The position numbers and the translations under genes were made by a program. Positions 19,911-37,570 of a stretch of DNA of 64,000 bases are shown piece by piece. Under the pieces are notes generated by a model. It was not told the origin of the DNA. It saw nothing but the letters and a program-made list of their open reading frames with translations, and ran no database searches. The stretch lies in assembly GCF_009914755.1 (NCBI RefSeq), contig NC_060940.1, one strand, 5' to 3'. The stretch is from the human T2T-CHM13v2.0 reference genome, Homo sapiens. The number at the start of each line of letters is the position of its first letter. Positions within the stretch are counted from its first letter, which is position 1.

Positions 19911-20232
19911 GGACCAGGTGCAGTAGCTCACACCTGTAATACCGGCACTTCGAGAGGCCAAGGTGGTAGAATTGCTTGAGCCCAGGAATTCAAGACCAGC
20001 CTGGACAACATGGTGAGACCCTGTCTCTACTGAAAAAAAAAAAAAAAAAAAAAAGAAAAAAGAAAATATTAGCTGGACATGGTGGCATGAGCCTGTAGGC
20101 CCAGCATACTTGGGACATTGAAGTGTGAGGATCACTTGAGCCTGGGAGGTTGAGGCTGCAATGAGCAATGATTGTGCCACCGCACTCCAATCTGGACAAC
20201 AGAGTGAGACAAGAAGAGAGAGAGAGAGAGAG
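19911..20232 (+). mobile_element. Alu (AluJ) with (AG)n tail
   Basis: Sense Alu with expanded middle A-run. Confidence 0.88.
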
Positions 20233-21681
20233 ACAGATAGAGCGAGTGTCTTGTTGAGTTCTTCAGTGTTGGGTCAAAGAAGGGAAAAAAATTGTGCGTA
20301 TAAATAGAAAAAAAGAAAACTAACTTTTTAAGGCTTTAAAAATAACTGAAAGTGAAGACCCTGAGATATGAAAAGTGATTTTTGTTAATCAGAAAATTGG
20401 TGATTTAGGTGATAATGGGGTGGAAGTTGGAAGATAGGACGTGAGGGGACAGGGTATTTGGATTAAATATAACATAGAAAGATAACATTTTTAGTTCAGG
20501 TAGTAGGATATTCTGGTAATGACAGAAAGGAAAACAAGATGGGTTTTTTTTGGTTTTTGTTTGTCTAATATTTTTGTTTTTCATCTCTAAGATTATGGTA
20601 TAAAAACAGGAATTTATGTTTTAGAATTGTTTGGGTAGAATCACTTAAGGTAGATGATTTGCTTATTCATTCATTTGTTTATTTATTAAGCACATTATTG
20701 AAATGCCCATTATGTGCCAGGCATAATAATATAGTAAGTAAAATAGATGGCATTCCTAACCTCAGTGTTACTCTAATTGCATAGACAGGAATGCTGGGGA
20801 AAGAATTTATCTTTCAGCCAGCTATTCTCCTGCCTGGGACCCAGCTTTAGCTAGTCTTGGCTCTACAAAGGAAGTTGTAACCTAATTGGAACATAATTTC
20901 TTCTCCGTAAAAACTGAGGGTTACACCAAATACTTTCACCACTTCTACCTCTAAAATTCTTGCTTTTAATGTGAATTTTAGATTAATTTAGATTAGATTA
21001 ATCCCTTAAAACTACATTCATTACATTCATACCATTCTTGCATGGCCCTCTATATATTTCTTCTCTCCTACTACCTTTTTTCCCTCATAGCTCTGGTGTC
21101 TTGATACAGTTTTGATTGGCTATTTATGTGCTTTCAGTCAACCTCACTGGACTGAAAGCTTTTTGGGAGCAGACTCGGGTTTCTGTGAACATGTGATTTA
21201 CTGTGTGTGTACCTATGCACACGAAATGAACAAATGGTGACAAAATTAGTTTTTTCTTATTTTTGAAAATGCTGTTGATCTTGTGAATTTAATATTAGAC
21301 TGTCTTTCAAGATCAACAACAAAATAATATATGTAAAATAATATAAATTGTAATTCTGCTTGTTTCTTTTCATTGATAGATTATTATGTATGTTTACAAG
21401 GACATGATTAGTTTAGAAAGGAATGATTATTAAATATATGGTTATATAATATGGTTAGCTGTTAATAGCCATGGAACAGATCTCTATTCAGTATTGGTTT
21501 TATAAGCACTCAGCAAAATTCTGTTTTAAGTATGTGTTCTAAATTTTAAAATGAATGTATGTTGACATTTTTCATTGCTTACATTCCAGAAATGAGCTTA
21601 TTTTACTGGTAACAATTAAATGTGAGTTTAGTAAGGGTAGAAAATTGGAGGAAACTGGAGTCTCCTTTTCTCTTTAGCAGA

Positions 21682-22047
21682 TGTCTTAGTCTGTTTGTCA
21701 GCTATAACAAAATGCCTTAGGCAAGGTAATTTATAAACAATAGAAATGTATTGCTGATAGTCTGCAGTATGGAGTCTGGGGAGTCCAGGATAAAGGCACC
21801 AACAGATTATATGTCTGCTGAGGGTTTGCTCTCTGCTTTGAAGATGATGCTTTCTTATTGTGTACCCATGTGGTGAAAGGGCCAAGGCAGTGTCCTTCAA
21901 TCTCTTTTATAAGGGCACTCATTCCATTTTGGGAGGGCAGAGCCCTCATGACTTACTTCCTAAAAGGCCCCACCTCTTAACACTATTACATTGGATGTTA
22001 GGTTCCAACATGAATTTTGGCAGGACACTAACACTCAGACTATAGCA
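21682..22047 (-). mobile_element. MLT1A-type MaLR solo LTR
   Basis: tgtcttagtctgttt...cagactatagca termini, typical ttttataagggcact and gagccctcatgac motifs, TSD gcaga/ccaga. Confidence 0.8.
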
Positions 22048-22776
22048 CCAGACAAGCAAGCAGTCACTGTAATTTAAGCCCATTAGAATGGAAGGTCCAT
22101 AAAGACATATTTTTGTCTGTTTTGTTGTTGATGTATCCCCAGCCTGGTGTACATCAGGCAGTCCATAAATATTTATTGAGTGAATGAGTACATGAATAAA
22201 TGAATGAGAATATTTACTGAGCTGTCGTTCATTTTATAGCAGGTACAATGTTGTTTCTTCACCACTGATATATTCATTTATTACCTCTTATTTATTAGCA
22301 GTGTTTCTGAAATAATATTAAAATTAGAAGTTTTCTTGAAGCTTGTTTTACAACTTAGAATTATTATCCAGTAGCTTTCCTTAATATTTTTATAACCTCA
22401 TCAACAAACAGTGAGTGTCTCTTGTAAGTAGCGTACTGCCGAACCTTAGTCAGAGAAGACATGACATAGTTTTGGTCCATGAAGGGTTTTCAACCCATTT
22501 GGAGAAGTAGGAAATAGATACAAAGATGATTTGTAACAACCTGAGGGGTGTCAAAAAGATGGTACATGTAGGAAATTAATGTTATATTCAAGTGAAAATT
22601 TGATATTGTTTATGTATATTATTCAACTTTTAAAAACTTTGCATTAAAGTATGGAAAGGAAGCATAAGTATACCATTGTTTTAATGGTTATCTTTGATGA
22701 GATCATGGGCAAGTTGAATTTTTATTTCTTACGTGTATTTTTAAAAGCAAGCAATAACTCTAAATAAATTAATCTA

Positions 22777-23088
22777 GGCCAGGTGCAGTGGTTCATGCCT
22801 ATAATCCCAGCACTTTGGGAGATTGAGGCAGGAGGACCACTTGAGCCCAAGAATTGGAGACCAGACTGGACAACAAAAGGAGACCCTGTCTCTATAAAGC
22901 ACATACACAGAGACACACACACACACACACCAAAAACCTAGCTAGGCATAGTGGCACACACCTGTGGTCCCAGCTACTCGGGAGGCTGAGGTAGGAGGAT
23001 CAGTTTAGGCCCGGGAGCTTGAGGCTGCAGTGAGCTGTGATCGTGTCACTGGGTGACAGGGCGAAATCCTGTCTCAAAAAAAAAAAAA
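22777..23088 (+). mobile_element. Alu (AluJ) with (CA)n in the linker
   Basis: Sense Alu. Confidence 0.88.
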
Positions 23089-23189
23089 GCAAAACTGTAG
23101 TTCTAGGACAGATTTGATATAAAAAACAAAAGTAAAGCAGGCTATTTGTTTAGTAACATCAATTGCTAGACCTCTCTCCTGTTTATGTA

Positions 23190-24092
23190 TTCACTTGGAA
23201 GTCCCATAGGCATCCAAATTCATCATTTAAAACTGAATTCTCTTTCCAGGTTTATTCTTAACTCCTATATTCTCTATCACAGGAAATGGCACCACTTTTT
23301 ATCAATTTTCCCAAGCCAGAGTTCTATGTGCTACTTGGAACTCTCCTTTTTTTCCCTCTCCCTTCCCCACCGTAGCCAGTGATCCAATTTAGTTCATCCA
23401 TTTAAACAGCTTTAAATTCGTAGCCTATTGACTATTTCACTGCCACTGCCTTGGTTCAGGATTTCATTATTTCTTGCTTAGGCTATTATTGTAAAAACCT
23501 TCTTACTCATCGCCATCTCTAGGACCTAATCTATTCTCTGTATTCCTGGTAGGATGATCTTCCTCAAATATATGTTTGAGTTTATCATTTCTTTGCTTAA
23601 AACCCTCAAAGGCTCCCTGTGTGCTGAGGGATAAAACCCTTACTGCTTAGCATGATACACAAGCCCTGTCATAATCTGGCCTCACCCTGCCTTTAGTAGT
23701 TTCATCTCATGTTACTGCTTGTAACTTCCGTGTTCTGAGTAACTGAGTTACCTAATAACCTGAGATGAAAATACTCTTTTTGTTCAGGTTTGCTTTTATA
23801 GTTTCTCCTTCCTTTTCCCCAGTCTGTCTGCTAAATAGCCATTTCAATATTCAAGGTTGACTTCTGGTGTTACATCCTCTGTGCTGCCTTCTCAGATCCT
23901 CCACAGATAACATTAAAGGTTCCCTCTTCTCCAGTTGTGTAACACTTCATACTTTATTAAAGCACATACTGCATTATTTTAAACTTGACTCATTTTATTA
24001 TCTCTAGACTGTGAACTGCTTAATAAGGGTGACTTTCTTTTGTATTGTGTCCCTAGATCAGTGCAGGTGCTAAATAAATGTTGAATGAATGT
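23190..24092 (+). mobile_element. L2 LINE remnant
   Basis: Pyrimidine-rich L2 body (cttaaaaccctcaaaggctccc, ctagactgtgaactgct) ending taaataaatgttgaatgaatg. Confidence 0.7.
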
Positions 24093-24364
24093 TTAATTAC
24101 TGCTTTGTCAGGTTGAAGGTGATAGTGAAGAGGAGCTGGCATAGACAAAAATACTTAGCCCCTGTGACTGTGGCAAATAAGATGTCAAACAAGTAATTAT
24201 ATGACCAAGAGAAGACTCATGGTATGTGTTGTAACCAAGATTCTGTTGCCTTTTTCAACTAAAATATTTGGTTTTGTTTGATTTTAAACAGAAAGTGTAG
24301 CAAAAGTGAGAGGGAGAACAAGGTAGATTGGTCTTTTCTCTCTTTTCTTTCTTTTCTTCTCTTT

Positions 24365-24535
24365 CTCTCTTTTTTTTTTTTCTTTTGAGACAAGGTCTTG
24401 CTCTGTCACCTAGCCTAGGATGTAGTGGCACAATCACAGCTCACTACAGCCTTGACATCCTGGGATCAAGCAGTCCTTCAGCTCTGCCTCCCAAAATGCT
24501 GCGATTACAGGCACGAGCCACCACGCTCGGCCCTA
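24365..24535 (-). mobile_element. Monomeric or deleted Alu (FLAM/FRAM-like)
   Basis: Short antisense Alu, TSD tagattggt. Confidence 0.8.
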
Positions 24536-24714
24536 GATTGGTTTTTGATTGCCAGATACCTAAAAATGAAGACATGAAATAAGTTTGTTTACTCTGATAG
24601 ATTCATTTCTTTGCAAATTGAGATCTTATAATATGAAGCTACAGTTACATAGCTGAATTTTTTGAATCCGTAGTAATTAATAAATTCCTAATGAAATGTA
24701 TGCCTGAATGCACT

Positions 24715-26039
<1,325 letters not shown>

Positions 26040-26040
<1 letters not shown>

Positions 26041-27140
26041 CTGACACATTAATACCCTAATTACCCAACTTGGCCTCTCATAGCTTGCCTCCTACATGGA
26101 TGCTCTTGACACCTGGGGCTGTCCTCCTGCTCTCCTGTGAATACCCTCCAGTCTACTTGGTTTCTTACTCCCCACTTTGGGCAGCCCTACTAGGTAGATA
26201 GCCTCCTATCTTGCTCATCCTGCTAGGATTTTGAATCCTACCTAAAACTGCCCTTTGCTTCTGCTCCCTCAACCCCGATAGATGTCTTCCCTACCCCATT
26301 TGAACTCCAACACCCCATGCCAGGCTGCCTATCTACGGAAATGCCCTCTTTAGTCAGTCTTCTACTTTCCCACCGTAGGCAACCCTTCTACACAGATGCC
26401 CTCCTTATTCAGCTCAGGCTCCAAGGCCTCACATGCCCTCCTCACCCTGCTTGGATTGTAACTCCCCGTGCTGGGCTCCCCCTCTCTTGCCCAGTGAACA
26501 CACTATTTATACCTGCCGGGTAACCTCTGATAACCAACCTTAGGCAATCCTTCTATGTGGACATCCTCATTACTACTTAGGTTATGATACCCTCTGTTGG
26601 TTGCCCCTTGCATGGATACCCTCCTCACCCTTCTCTGGCTCTGGCATTTTATCCTGGGCTCTCCCTGCTCACTCCACAGAGATCCTTCTCATTCTATTCA
26701 TGCTTTTACTCCTTGGGCTAGGCTGTCCATCCATATGGAGATTTGCGTTCTGTTTGGGTTCCCACCTCCCACCCTAGGCAGACCCCCTGTGCATCAGCCT
26801 TCTTTCTTGCGTGGATGCTGTCCTCATCCCACCTCTTGGGCACTAACATCCCAACCTGAGCCATCCTCCCCTGCACAGATATTCATATATTCTTCACCCT
26901 GCTTAGGCTCTGACACCACACACTAGGCTGTCCTATATAGATACTTTCTTCATGTTGCTCAGACTCTGCATCTAGAATATCTCTTGCCCCTCTCATCCAC
27001 TCATTTATGTCCTCCTCACCCTGCTTAAGCTCTGAAATCCCTTCCCAGGCCTCCCCCTATTCTCTATAGGTATCCTTCCCCCTCCCCTCTAGGCTTCTGA
27101 TACCCTCCTTTGAGCCCTCTTATTCCTCTTGGACTCCATC
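26040..27140. repeat. Highly diverged C/T-rich tandem array, ~55-60-bp unit, roughly 18 copies
   Basis: Recurring motif gatgccctcctcaccctgcttaggctctgacacc...aggctgtcc...catg, e.g. near 26395, 26434, 26614, 26894 and 27007. Confidence 0.65.
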
Positions 27141-27143
27141 TGA

Positions 27144-27455
<312 letters not shown>

Positions 27456-27702
27456 TCAAAGTTCTTAAAGCTCTATTGAAAAGGTACTCTTGTAAGATAT
27501 CTAAAAATTATAAATAAACCATAAATGTTTTACTCAGTGGTGTATGGATTCTTGATAACTAGAGAGTTTTGTTCCTTCTAGGATAGACTCAAGAAATTTC
27601 TTCAGAAAATAACAAAGAAATTTAAAATATAATCAGAATAGTTAGGTGACTGGTATATTCCATTCTGTCTTTCATGCTAAGAGGTTATTTAGAGAACAAT
27701 TT

Positions 27703-28005
27703 TCTTTTCTTTTTTTTTTTTTGAGACAGGGCCTTGCTCTGTCACCCAGGCTGGAACGCAGTGGCACAATCATGGCTCACTGCAGCCTTGACCTCCTGGG
27801 CTCAAGCAGTCCTCCTACCTCAGCCTCCCGAGTAGCTGGAACTACAGGCTTGCACCACCTCACCTGGCTAATTTTTGTATTTTTTTGTAAAGACAGGGTC
27901 TTGCTGTGTTGCCTAGGCTGGTCTCAAAACTCCTGGGCTAAAGTGATCCTCCCAACTTGGCCTCCCAAATGCCTGGATTACAGGCATGAGCCACTTTGCC
28001 TGGCT
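27703..28005 (-). mobile_element. Alu (AluJ)
   Basis: Antisense Alu. Confidence 0.88.
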
Positions 28006-28069
28006 GAACATAATTTTAAAGTTTTTGAGTGAAAAATAATACCTAGTAGAAAAAAGATATGTTATACTA

Positions 28070-28455
<386 letters not shown>

Positions 28456-30665
28456 TTAAAATTACTTTAAAACACTAGATTGTTTTAGGAAAACAGTAAT
28501 TAAATACAGCCTGGCAGAAGTGCTATGAATAAGTAAATATGTGGCAGCAGACTAGTAAATTGGCTTAAACTTAGAAATTGAGAAAAATTTGTTAAGACAG
28601 AGCATTACCTACCAGTTATTCTTGGACTGCATACTCTTTTAGAAACTGAATATCCAGTGGACCTGCAGCCAGTACATTTTTTCCAGTAGAGATGCCAAGT
28701 ATGATGACTGTCAAGCTTGAAGTGTTTTTAACAAAATGAATGCTGTCTCTCTTCAATGCAGAACGATGTTGGCACATTGTAGATGCCAGGCATTTTGTTT
28801 TAGAATATTTAATGTGAAATTATAACCTTGGAATTTACCAGCTGATTGAGATAGTTAATGGAGAGGTGGAAGAGTAAGGCATTTCATTCCCAAACCATTT
28901 TCTGAAGGTTTTTTCTAACTCTTTCAGATTCCAAGAGTAGCTTCACATTTAGAGGTTTTTTTTAAAGTAAAATCTAATATTTAAAAAAAGATTAAAATGT
29001 TTAGAAATGGATTTTTCAGGATTATAATGTTTGCATTTCATATCAGAGAGCATTCATTGTTTGAGTAACTAATATCTGTTGTGAGCATTAGTTTACTTCT
29101 TGTTAGATTTTTAAAGCATTCCCAACACAAAGGAACATTCTTTTTTACCACAGATATTTATTTCTCTTTAGCTGCTTACTTGACAACGAAACAGAAACAT
29201 CTTATTTACGGAGCTTTTTTCCCCGTTTTTATTATCCACCTCTGTATAGATGCAAGTCCATAGTATTAGTTGTACAACTTTATTTTACTATTTGAAAGTA
29301 AATAAGACAGTCTTGAGAAAAGTCATAAAGTAGATGGGCTCTCTCTGACTATTTTGATTTTTACTCTCTGACCCGAAAGCAGTTGAACACCAAATGCCAG
29401 CTCTTAGGTCAACAAGGGTGAGGTAGGGAGGTAGGGATGAAAATTCTAAGAAAGAATAAGAACTTAGACTTCTTTTCAAGAGATCAACTTATTTAAGCCT
29501 TGTAGCATCTCTGTGAGGCTGTGCTCTATCCGTGTATAGCCCTAATTTTGTTGTATATATTTTATTTGATTATATACTTCAGTAAAAAGAACACCTGTGA
29601 ACCCATTGTGTAGCTCAGCTTATTTCTACTCCTCCTGTCTCCCATCAAAGGAAGCCGCTGTCCTAAACTTTATCATCTTTCTCTTATCACATGTGTTTTT
29701 CTTTTTTTACTATAATACAGATATCACATTCTTTATTGATAAAACCTACCTCATAGGATTGATTGTTTTGAGGTTAAATGAGAAAAATACATATACTGAG
29801 CCTGGCCCTGCAAAGTGCTCAAAAAATAGTAGCTGTAATTATGTTATTAATGTTGTTATTTTGCTGAGTGAGTACAGCATGAAAAGCATGTCTTTTCCCA
29901 GCTGTTTCCTGTGGCTTATCTCCCTGCACTCTTGAGGTCTTTTCATCTCTTCCTGGAATGACCAGTAACAGTAAAGCAGTAGAGAAGGGGATTTGGGTGA
30001 TCAGCTGTTTGGACATAGAGTGCCCAACTGAGAAGAAACAAACAAATAAAAAATTAAGTTGCCCTATTAAATTACCAATTTTTTTCTTCTCTCTCACTGT
30101 CCTGTGCCTCAGAATAGGATTTCTGCCTACTTTAAATTTGACCCACTGTAGTGAAATTCTTCCACCCTCTTGTAGACAGTGTTGAATAATAAAGGATTGA
30201 ATTAACCCAGAAATAATCAGTGACATAAATGGATCTATTATAGTTTACAGAATGACTAAACAAGCCAACCAGTCAGTGCATTTTTACATTGTTTTCCTTT
30301 CCACCCAACATTGGGAAGCATTAATTTATTTTCAATATCTGAAAATGTTGATTTCATTCTTCTATTTCCTTTTTCCAGTTGCCCTGGGCTCTATGAGAAT
30401 GCACCAGCATGGGACAGATTCTTGATCTTCTGAACTTGCTTCCCTTTCTGCCTATCTACTTTTCTTATACACATATTAATAATTTATGTTAATGGAGTTA
30501 TTATATCGCACTTGCCCTAATTCTACTACATGGATACTTAAGCAGTGCACTTACCGTGGCATTTTGGTCAACTAAAATTTTTAATGAAATTTAGGTGAGT
30601 TGATTACACATTATCGCACAAATTATTAGCAGCATTAATAGAAAAAATATATCAGAAAATAATCA

Positions 30666-30830
30666 GGTCAGGCATGGTGGCTCACGCCTGTAATTCTAGC
30701 ACTTTGGAAGGCCAAGGCAGGAGGCTTGCTTGAGCCCAGGAGTTCAGGACCAGCCTGGCCAACATAGCAAGACCGCGTCTCTACAAAAAAATTGAAAAGG
30801 TAACTGAGCATGTCTGAGAAAAAATAAATA
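30666..30830 (+). mobile_element. Alu left monomer
   Basis: Truncated sense Alu. Confidence 0.82.
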
Positions 30831-31900
30831 AAAAGAAAATAATCACCCTAGTCTTGGCCGACTGAAGAAAGAGTTCCTTAGAACACAAAAGTAAAATCAC
30901 TTCTAGATTAAAAAAGAGAGAGAGAGAGAAATAGAGTGAGTACATGTAAGTTTATTGCACAAGAGCAGATTTTACCAGCTCTTACATTAATCCTTGTTAA
31001 GTTTCATCTCCTTCCTTTGGGCAGATATTCCAGTCTTTCATGATCTGTGATGAATTATGACATAAGATTTAATCCCTTTTAAGCCTATGTCATTTGAAAA
31101 GTCATATCTTTGTTCAAGTTGTGATATAACCACCTTCTTCCAGATTGAACCTATACATTTTTTGGGTACTGTTGTTTAGAAGTCATCTATTTTATTAAGT
31201 CTATATTTCTTCTTCTTGTTTACAATAACTTATAAAGATTTTTATCACATATTTTACTGAATTTAGGATAACTGCCTGCAGCATTTTCCTGATCCTCTAG
31301 TAGAAGAGCCTTAAAAGACAAATTAGTTTGCAGCTTGGCCTTCTTTATATATAGAAGCTATGTGAAGAGAGATGGTTTTGTCCATGAAGTTTATTAGAGC
31401 ACTGTTAGATACCCTGCTTGTTCTTGTCTAATTCTTTCTTGTGCTTCTTCTATTACTCTCTTCCTTTAAAAAAAAAAAAACAGCTTTATTGATATATAAT
31501 TTACATACTATAAAGGTTACCCATTTAGAGGGTACAATTCAGTGGTTATTAATGTAAATACAGAGTTGTGTAACCATTGCCATTTTTATCACTCCAAAAA
31601 GAAACCTTATCTAATACCCATATCCCTTCTCTCTCACTTTCTCTCACTCTCTTTTCTCTCTCATCTAAGTGATTTTGCTTTTGTTTTCTAAGGAAGTCTT
31701 TCCTCAGAAGCTGCCTTTCCATTAGGGATTTCCCATTCTGTTTCTTCGTATCTTGTGTTTATAAACCTGGAATTTCATTATTCTCTTATATTTCTGAACT
31801 GATTTAAAAGATAACATAAGAAAAATAGATACTGTGGCATAACATGAAGTAGCCGGCACTTATTTAGGACTGTCATTTTCATAGATTTAAAGTACATATG

Positions 31901-32207
31901 GGCCAGGTGCAGCTCATGTCTGTAATCCAGGCACTTTGGGAGGCTGAGACAGGAGGATCACTTGAGTCCAAGAGTCTGAGACCAGCCTGGGCAACAGAGG
32001 GAGACTCTGTCTCTACAAAAAGTTTTTTTAAAAAAATTAGCCAGTGTACATTTGTGGTCCCAGCCACTCGGGAGGCTGCAGCAGGAGGATCTCTTGAGCT
32101 CAGGAGTTGGAGGCTGCAGTGAACTTTGATTGTGTCTGTATACTCCAACCTGGATGACACAGTGAGACCCTGACTCAAATAAAATAAAATAAAATAAAAT
32201 AAATAAA
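31901..32207 (+). mobile_element. Alu (AluJ) with (TAAAA)n tail
   Basis: Sense Alu. Confidence 0.88.
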
Positions 32208-33076
32208 GTGCATATGCTCTTATTCAGGATTTCTTTCATTGGCTAGTGGAGACTGTAAAAGCATTTAATTTAGATTGAATTTAGGGTTGAATAGCAGTAT
32301 TAATAGCATAATTTATATTCCTTTAATCTTTCGGTATCCCATGGGAAGCAGATTTAGGAGAAAGGCCAGTGGCTGTGTTCAGATTGTATGGTTATAGTTT
32401 AGAGGGAATATCTTTGGGGTACTGGGGTAAAAGAAGAGTTTAAATGATGATTTAAGTCTTAGAGAAGTTATTTAAAGTAGCAGAACCAAACCAGTTATGT
32501 CTGAAATAAAATCCTGTGCTGGTAATGACTATATGAACTGTAGCTTCCCTTGGATAGGCATGATAAACTTCTGGCAGGCTGACTTCTTTTATTTCCAAAC
32601 ACTTGAGTCAGTTAATCAGAAAACATCTTTGGTGAAGGAATCCATGCTTCCTATACCTTCCACTTGACCTTGCATTTTACTTGTTTGTTTTGAGGGGCAG
32701 ACTTTGGAGAGGGGTGGAATATAACAAGTTCTGCATTTAATTTCTTTCCATGTACTTTTTAGTAACATTACTATCATACCTCTAGTGGAGAGGTATGATA
32801 CCTCAACTTTATACCCTTCTTTGGGAAAGTTAGAGTGTTTCAGTCCACAAAGTTTTGCTTTGATTTGATTAATTTATTTTAATAATTGGAGAAATGGAGA
32901 TAAAATCCTGATTAGTAACATGCTATTAGTGATTGGGCTATTACTAGGATAAATTTTTTTCCATCACATAAATCATAAATGCATTTGGGTAGATCTTTTT
33001 CTCTTTTTATCGAATCTGTTTCTTTCAAATTTCCTTTTTGTTTGGGAAAAAAAAAAAAAGAAAAAAATAGACTCGA

Positions 33077-33370
<294 letters not shown>

Positions 33371-33547
33371 TGGACTTGAGTGTGTTTCTCTCTTATGTCT
33401 AAGGAACTCTTATTTTCAACCTGGAATGAGAAAGATAATTGTATTACAATGAATATTTGGTGATAATGGCATTTCTGTTTTAATTAGGTTCTCCCTATCT
33501 CTACTCCCTCCATATTGTTTGAAAGATGGAAGTAATTTGCTAAAGGC

Positions 33548-34263
<716 letters not shown>

Positions 34264-34419
34264 GTCTACTTAAGGCTTTTAACAACATTTTAACAAACTG
34301 AAAATGTTTAGTCAGGGCATATTATATTCTGACAGATGCTGAATTTGCCACATGATTTGAAGATGAACATTTCAAGCATTAGGTAACAACATTTTTCCTT
34401 CTTTCTTTTATTTCTTTCA

Positions 34420-34718
34420 TTCTTTTTTTGTTTTTGAGATGGAGTTTCACTATTATTGCCCAGGCTGGAGTGCAATGGCGTGATCTCGGCTCACTGCAAC
34501 CTCCGCCTCCTAGGCTGAAGTGATTCTCCTGCCTCGGCCTCCCGAGTAGCTGGGATTACAGGTGACCACCACCACGCCTGGCTAACTTTTTGTATTTTTA
34601 GTAGAGACAGGGTTTCACCATTTTGGCCAGGCTGGTCTCGAACTCCTGACCTCAAGTGATCCTCCCGCCTCGGCCTCCCAGTGTTGGGATTACAGGTGTG
34701 AGCCACCGCGCCTGGCCC
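34420..34718 (-). mobile_element. Alu (AluSq-like)
   Basis: TSD aggtaaca(a/g)cattttt. Confidence 0.9.
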
Positions 34719-34990
34719 AGGTAACAGCATTTTTCAAAAGAAACTTTTAAGTTTATTCTTTACTGTGAATGAAGATCGTTTAAGAGTACAACTTCTAATT
34801 TTAGCTTTCTTTCATGACCTTCCTCCTTATCCCTATCCACATCAAAGTTAGGATATATACTTTAGTGATTAACTAGGAAGCTCAAAGTATTTATGAATCC
34901 AGTAAGCAGTTAACTAGAAATATTGTCTCTTACCATGGATAAAATGTCTTATGGTGCTACCTTTGTATTTTAAAGTACTCAGGCAGATAA

Positions 34991-35413
<423 letters not shown>

Positions 35414-36173
35414 TCTAATTGGTTTTTTGAAGTTCCTTCTAACATGGATTCTACTACCTTTAGAGGATATTTTGGGAATTATTTCTGTTAAAAACCTATA
35501 CAATAAAGGATATTTTAAAAAGTTAAAATATATTTTAATATATATAATTTTATGGGCAATTATAGTATTACAAAATATTTTTAAAAGATACAGGGTTCTT
35601 TAATTTGGAATACAAAAGTAATCGTAATCTAATATAGGTATTTATGCATTATGCAGTCTGATTTAAGAGTTTCCTTTACCTTTGCCTTTCCAGGGTTGGA
35701 GATGCCTCAGAGAGTAAGAAGTATTTGCTTGAGCCATAACATTCCTTTTTTTTTTTTAAGCTTCAATCCACAAAGTTTTTCTTTGATTAGATTGATTTAT
35801 TTTAATAATTGGGAAAAATGAATTATGATAGTGTTGAATTAAAATATTTTCTCAAGGGTGTTGGGTAAAAGAGCAGGACTATACTAATTGACTGGAGAAG
35901 CCAATTTAAAGCTGATCCACAGTAGTATATGCCATTTCATATGTAAAGGGTAAGTTTTACTTATACTATTGCAAAGGAAGATACTGGACCATCTTGGGTT
36001 ATTTGGCATTTCTTCCATTCTGTCTAGTTTTATCCAATTTTCAATGTTAATAACTTTTTCTAGAGACTATCTTGAACATAAGGAATAAAGCCAAGAAGAA
36101 AACAGGGACAGAACTAATGGGAAATTCATTTTTCAGTTCAATAAGATTATATAATAAAATAAAAAATAAAAAA

Positions 36174-36465
36174 ATTTTTTTTTTTTTTTTGAAACAGGGT
36201 CTCACCCAGGCTGGAGTGCAGTGGCATGATCATGGCTCACTGTAGCCTTGACCTCAAGCAGTTTACCCACCTGAGCCTCCCAAATAGTTGGGACTGTAGG
36301 TGTGCATCACCACGCCTGGCTGATTAAAAAAAAAAAAAAAACCTTTTGTAGAGATGGGGGTCACTGTGTTGCCCAAACTCGTCTTTAATTCCTGGCCTCA
36401 AGCAATCCTCTCACCTTGGCTTCCCAAAGTCATGGATTACAGGTGTGAGCCACTGTGCTCAGCTG
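36174..36465 (-). mobile_element. Alu (AluJ)
   Basis: Antisense Alu ending ~150 nt upstream of the 126-nt exon. Confidence 0.88.
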
Positions 36466-36615
36466 CTAATAGCTCTTTACATTAATTTTGTGGGATTGTT
36501 TGTGAATAATACAGTTCTCCTCATGAGAGAAAAGACATACTCATTTTGTGCATATTAGATTGTTGACTGAATCTCTTTTAAAAATTGTTTTCTCCTCTCT
36601 TTCCCCTCCCCACAG

Positions 36616-36741
36616 AATCTGTCTATGATCTTCTCCCAAAGGAGTTACAGTTACCTCCATCTAGAGAAACATCTGTAGCATCAATGAGTCAGACAAGCGG
36701 TGGTGAGGCAGGCTCGCCTCCTCCAGCTGTTGTTGCTGCTG
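36616..36741 (+). CDS. NFAT5: NFAT5 internal coding exon (126 nt, phase 1-1; N-terminal AD1 region, usually numbered exon 3)
   Basis: Acceptor tctcctctctttcccctccccacag| and donor G|gtatgc. Translates (E)[41 protein letters not shown], matching the NFAT5 N-terminus, and joins in frame to 57212 (G|AT = D). Confidence 0.97.
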
Positions 36742-37533
36742 GTATGCATTTCATTTTACTTTATTAAAGAAAACTAGGGCCAATATAAATCTGGCCAACA
36801 TGAACAGTGCTGGCAAAATTCATACTAAAAAGAGTGTGATTTGAGGGTTTTAAAAAGAGGCATTAAAATATGTACTTTTAACCTTAAACTTTTTCAATAT
36901 TATTTTCTTAATGTAATTCTTATTTCTTAAAATTTTACATTGTCTCATCTATAAATGCCATTTCCTAAAATGGACCTTGTCTTCAAATATGGGAACCAGC
37001 TTAAAGTTGTTTGGTTGACTGTGCTTAAAAAGGTTAAATACCAAGCTGTGAATAGAAAATTATATTTGAGTTTCTGTTTAATAATTAATTTTAAAGACTT
37101 GCACCAAGGGAAAATATTTTATATGATCTGAAAAATGACTGAAGCACTCAAGTGTCTTTTATATTCATAGCATGTTACTGAAACCTTTTTATTATATTTA
37201 AAAATATATGTGACTTCGTAGTTTTCAATTTATTGAAAGTAATGGAGGACGTCAATATAATATTTATATAAAGACATTTTCTTATATTGATGAAAAGGTA
37301 TAGAAAGTAATGTTTGAAATTTATTAGACTTATTTTTACTCAGCTCTCAAATCATACACTTAATGATATACAATTGGCTCAAATTTTTATTTTACATAAA
37401 AATAAAAGATAGACAAGCTAATAGAAAAAAGTGTTATCAGTGACAAATTAGTATCAGTCCTTCCTGTAATGTTAGTTTACCCACCTAATATTGGATTTAT
37501 AGACTGCTAAGTGTGTTTGTTTTAAAAAAAGGA

Positions 37534-37536
<3 letters not shown>

Positions 37537-37566
<30 letters not shown>
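37537..37566. repeat. (AT)n microsatellite
   Basis: About 15 perfect AT repeats. Confidence 0.95.
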
Positions 37567-37570
<4 letters not shown>

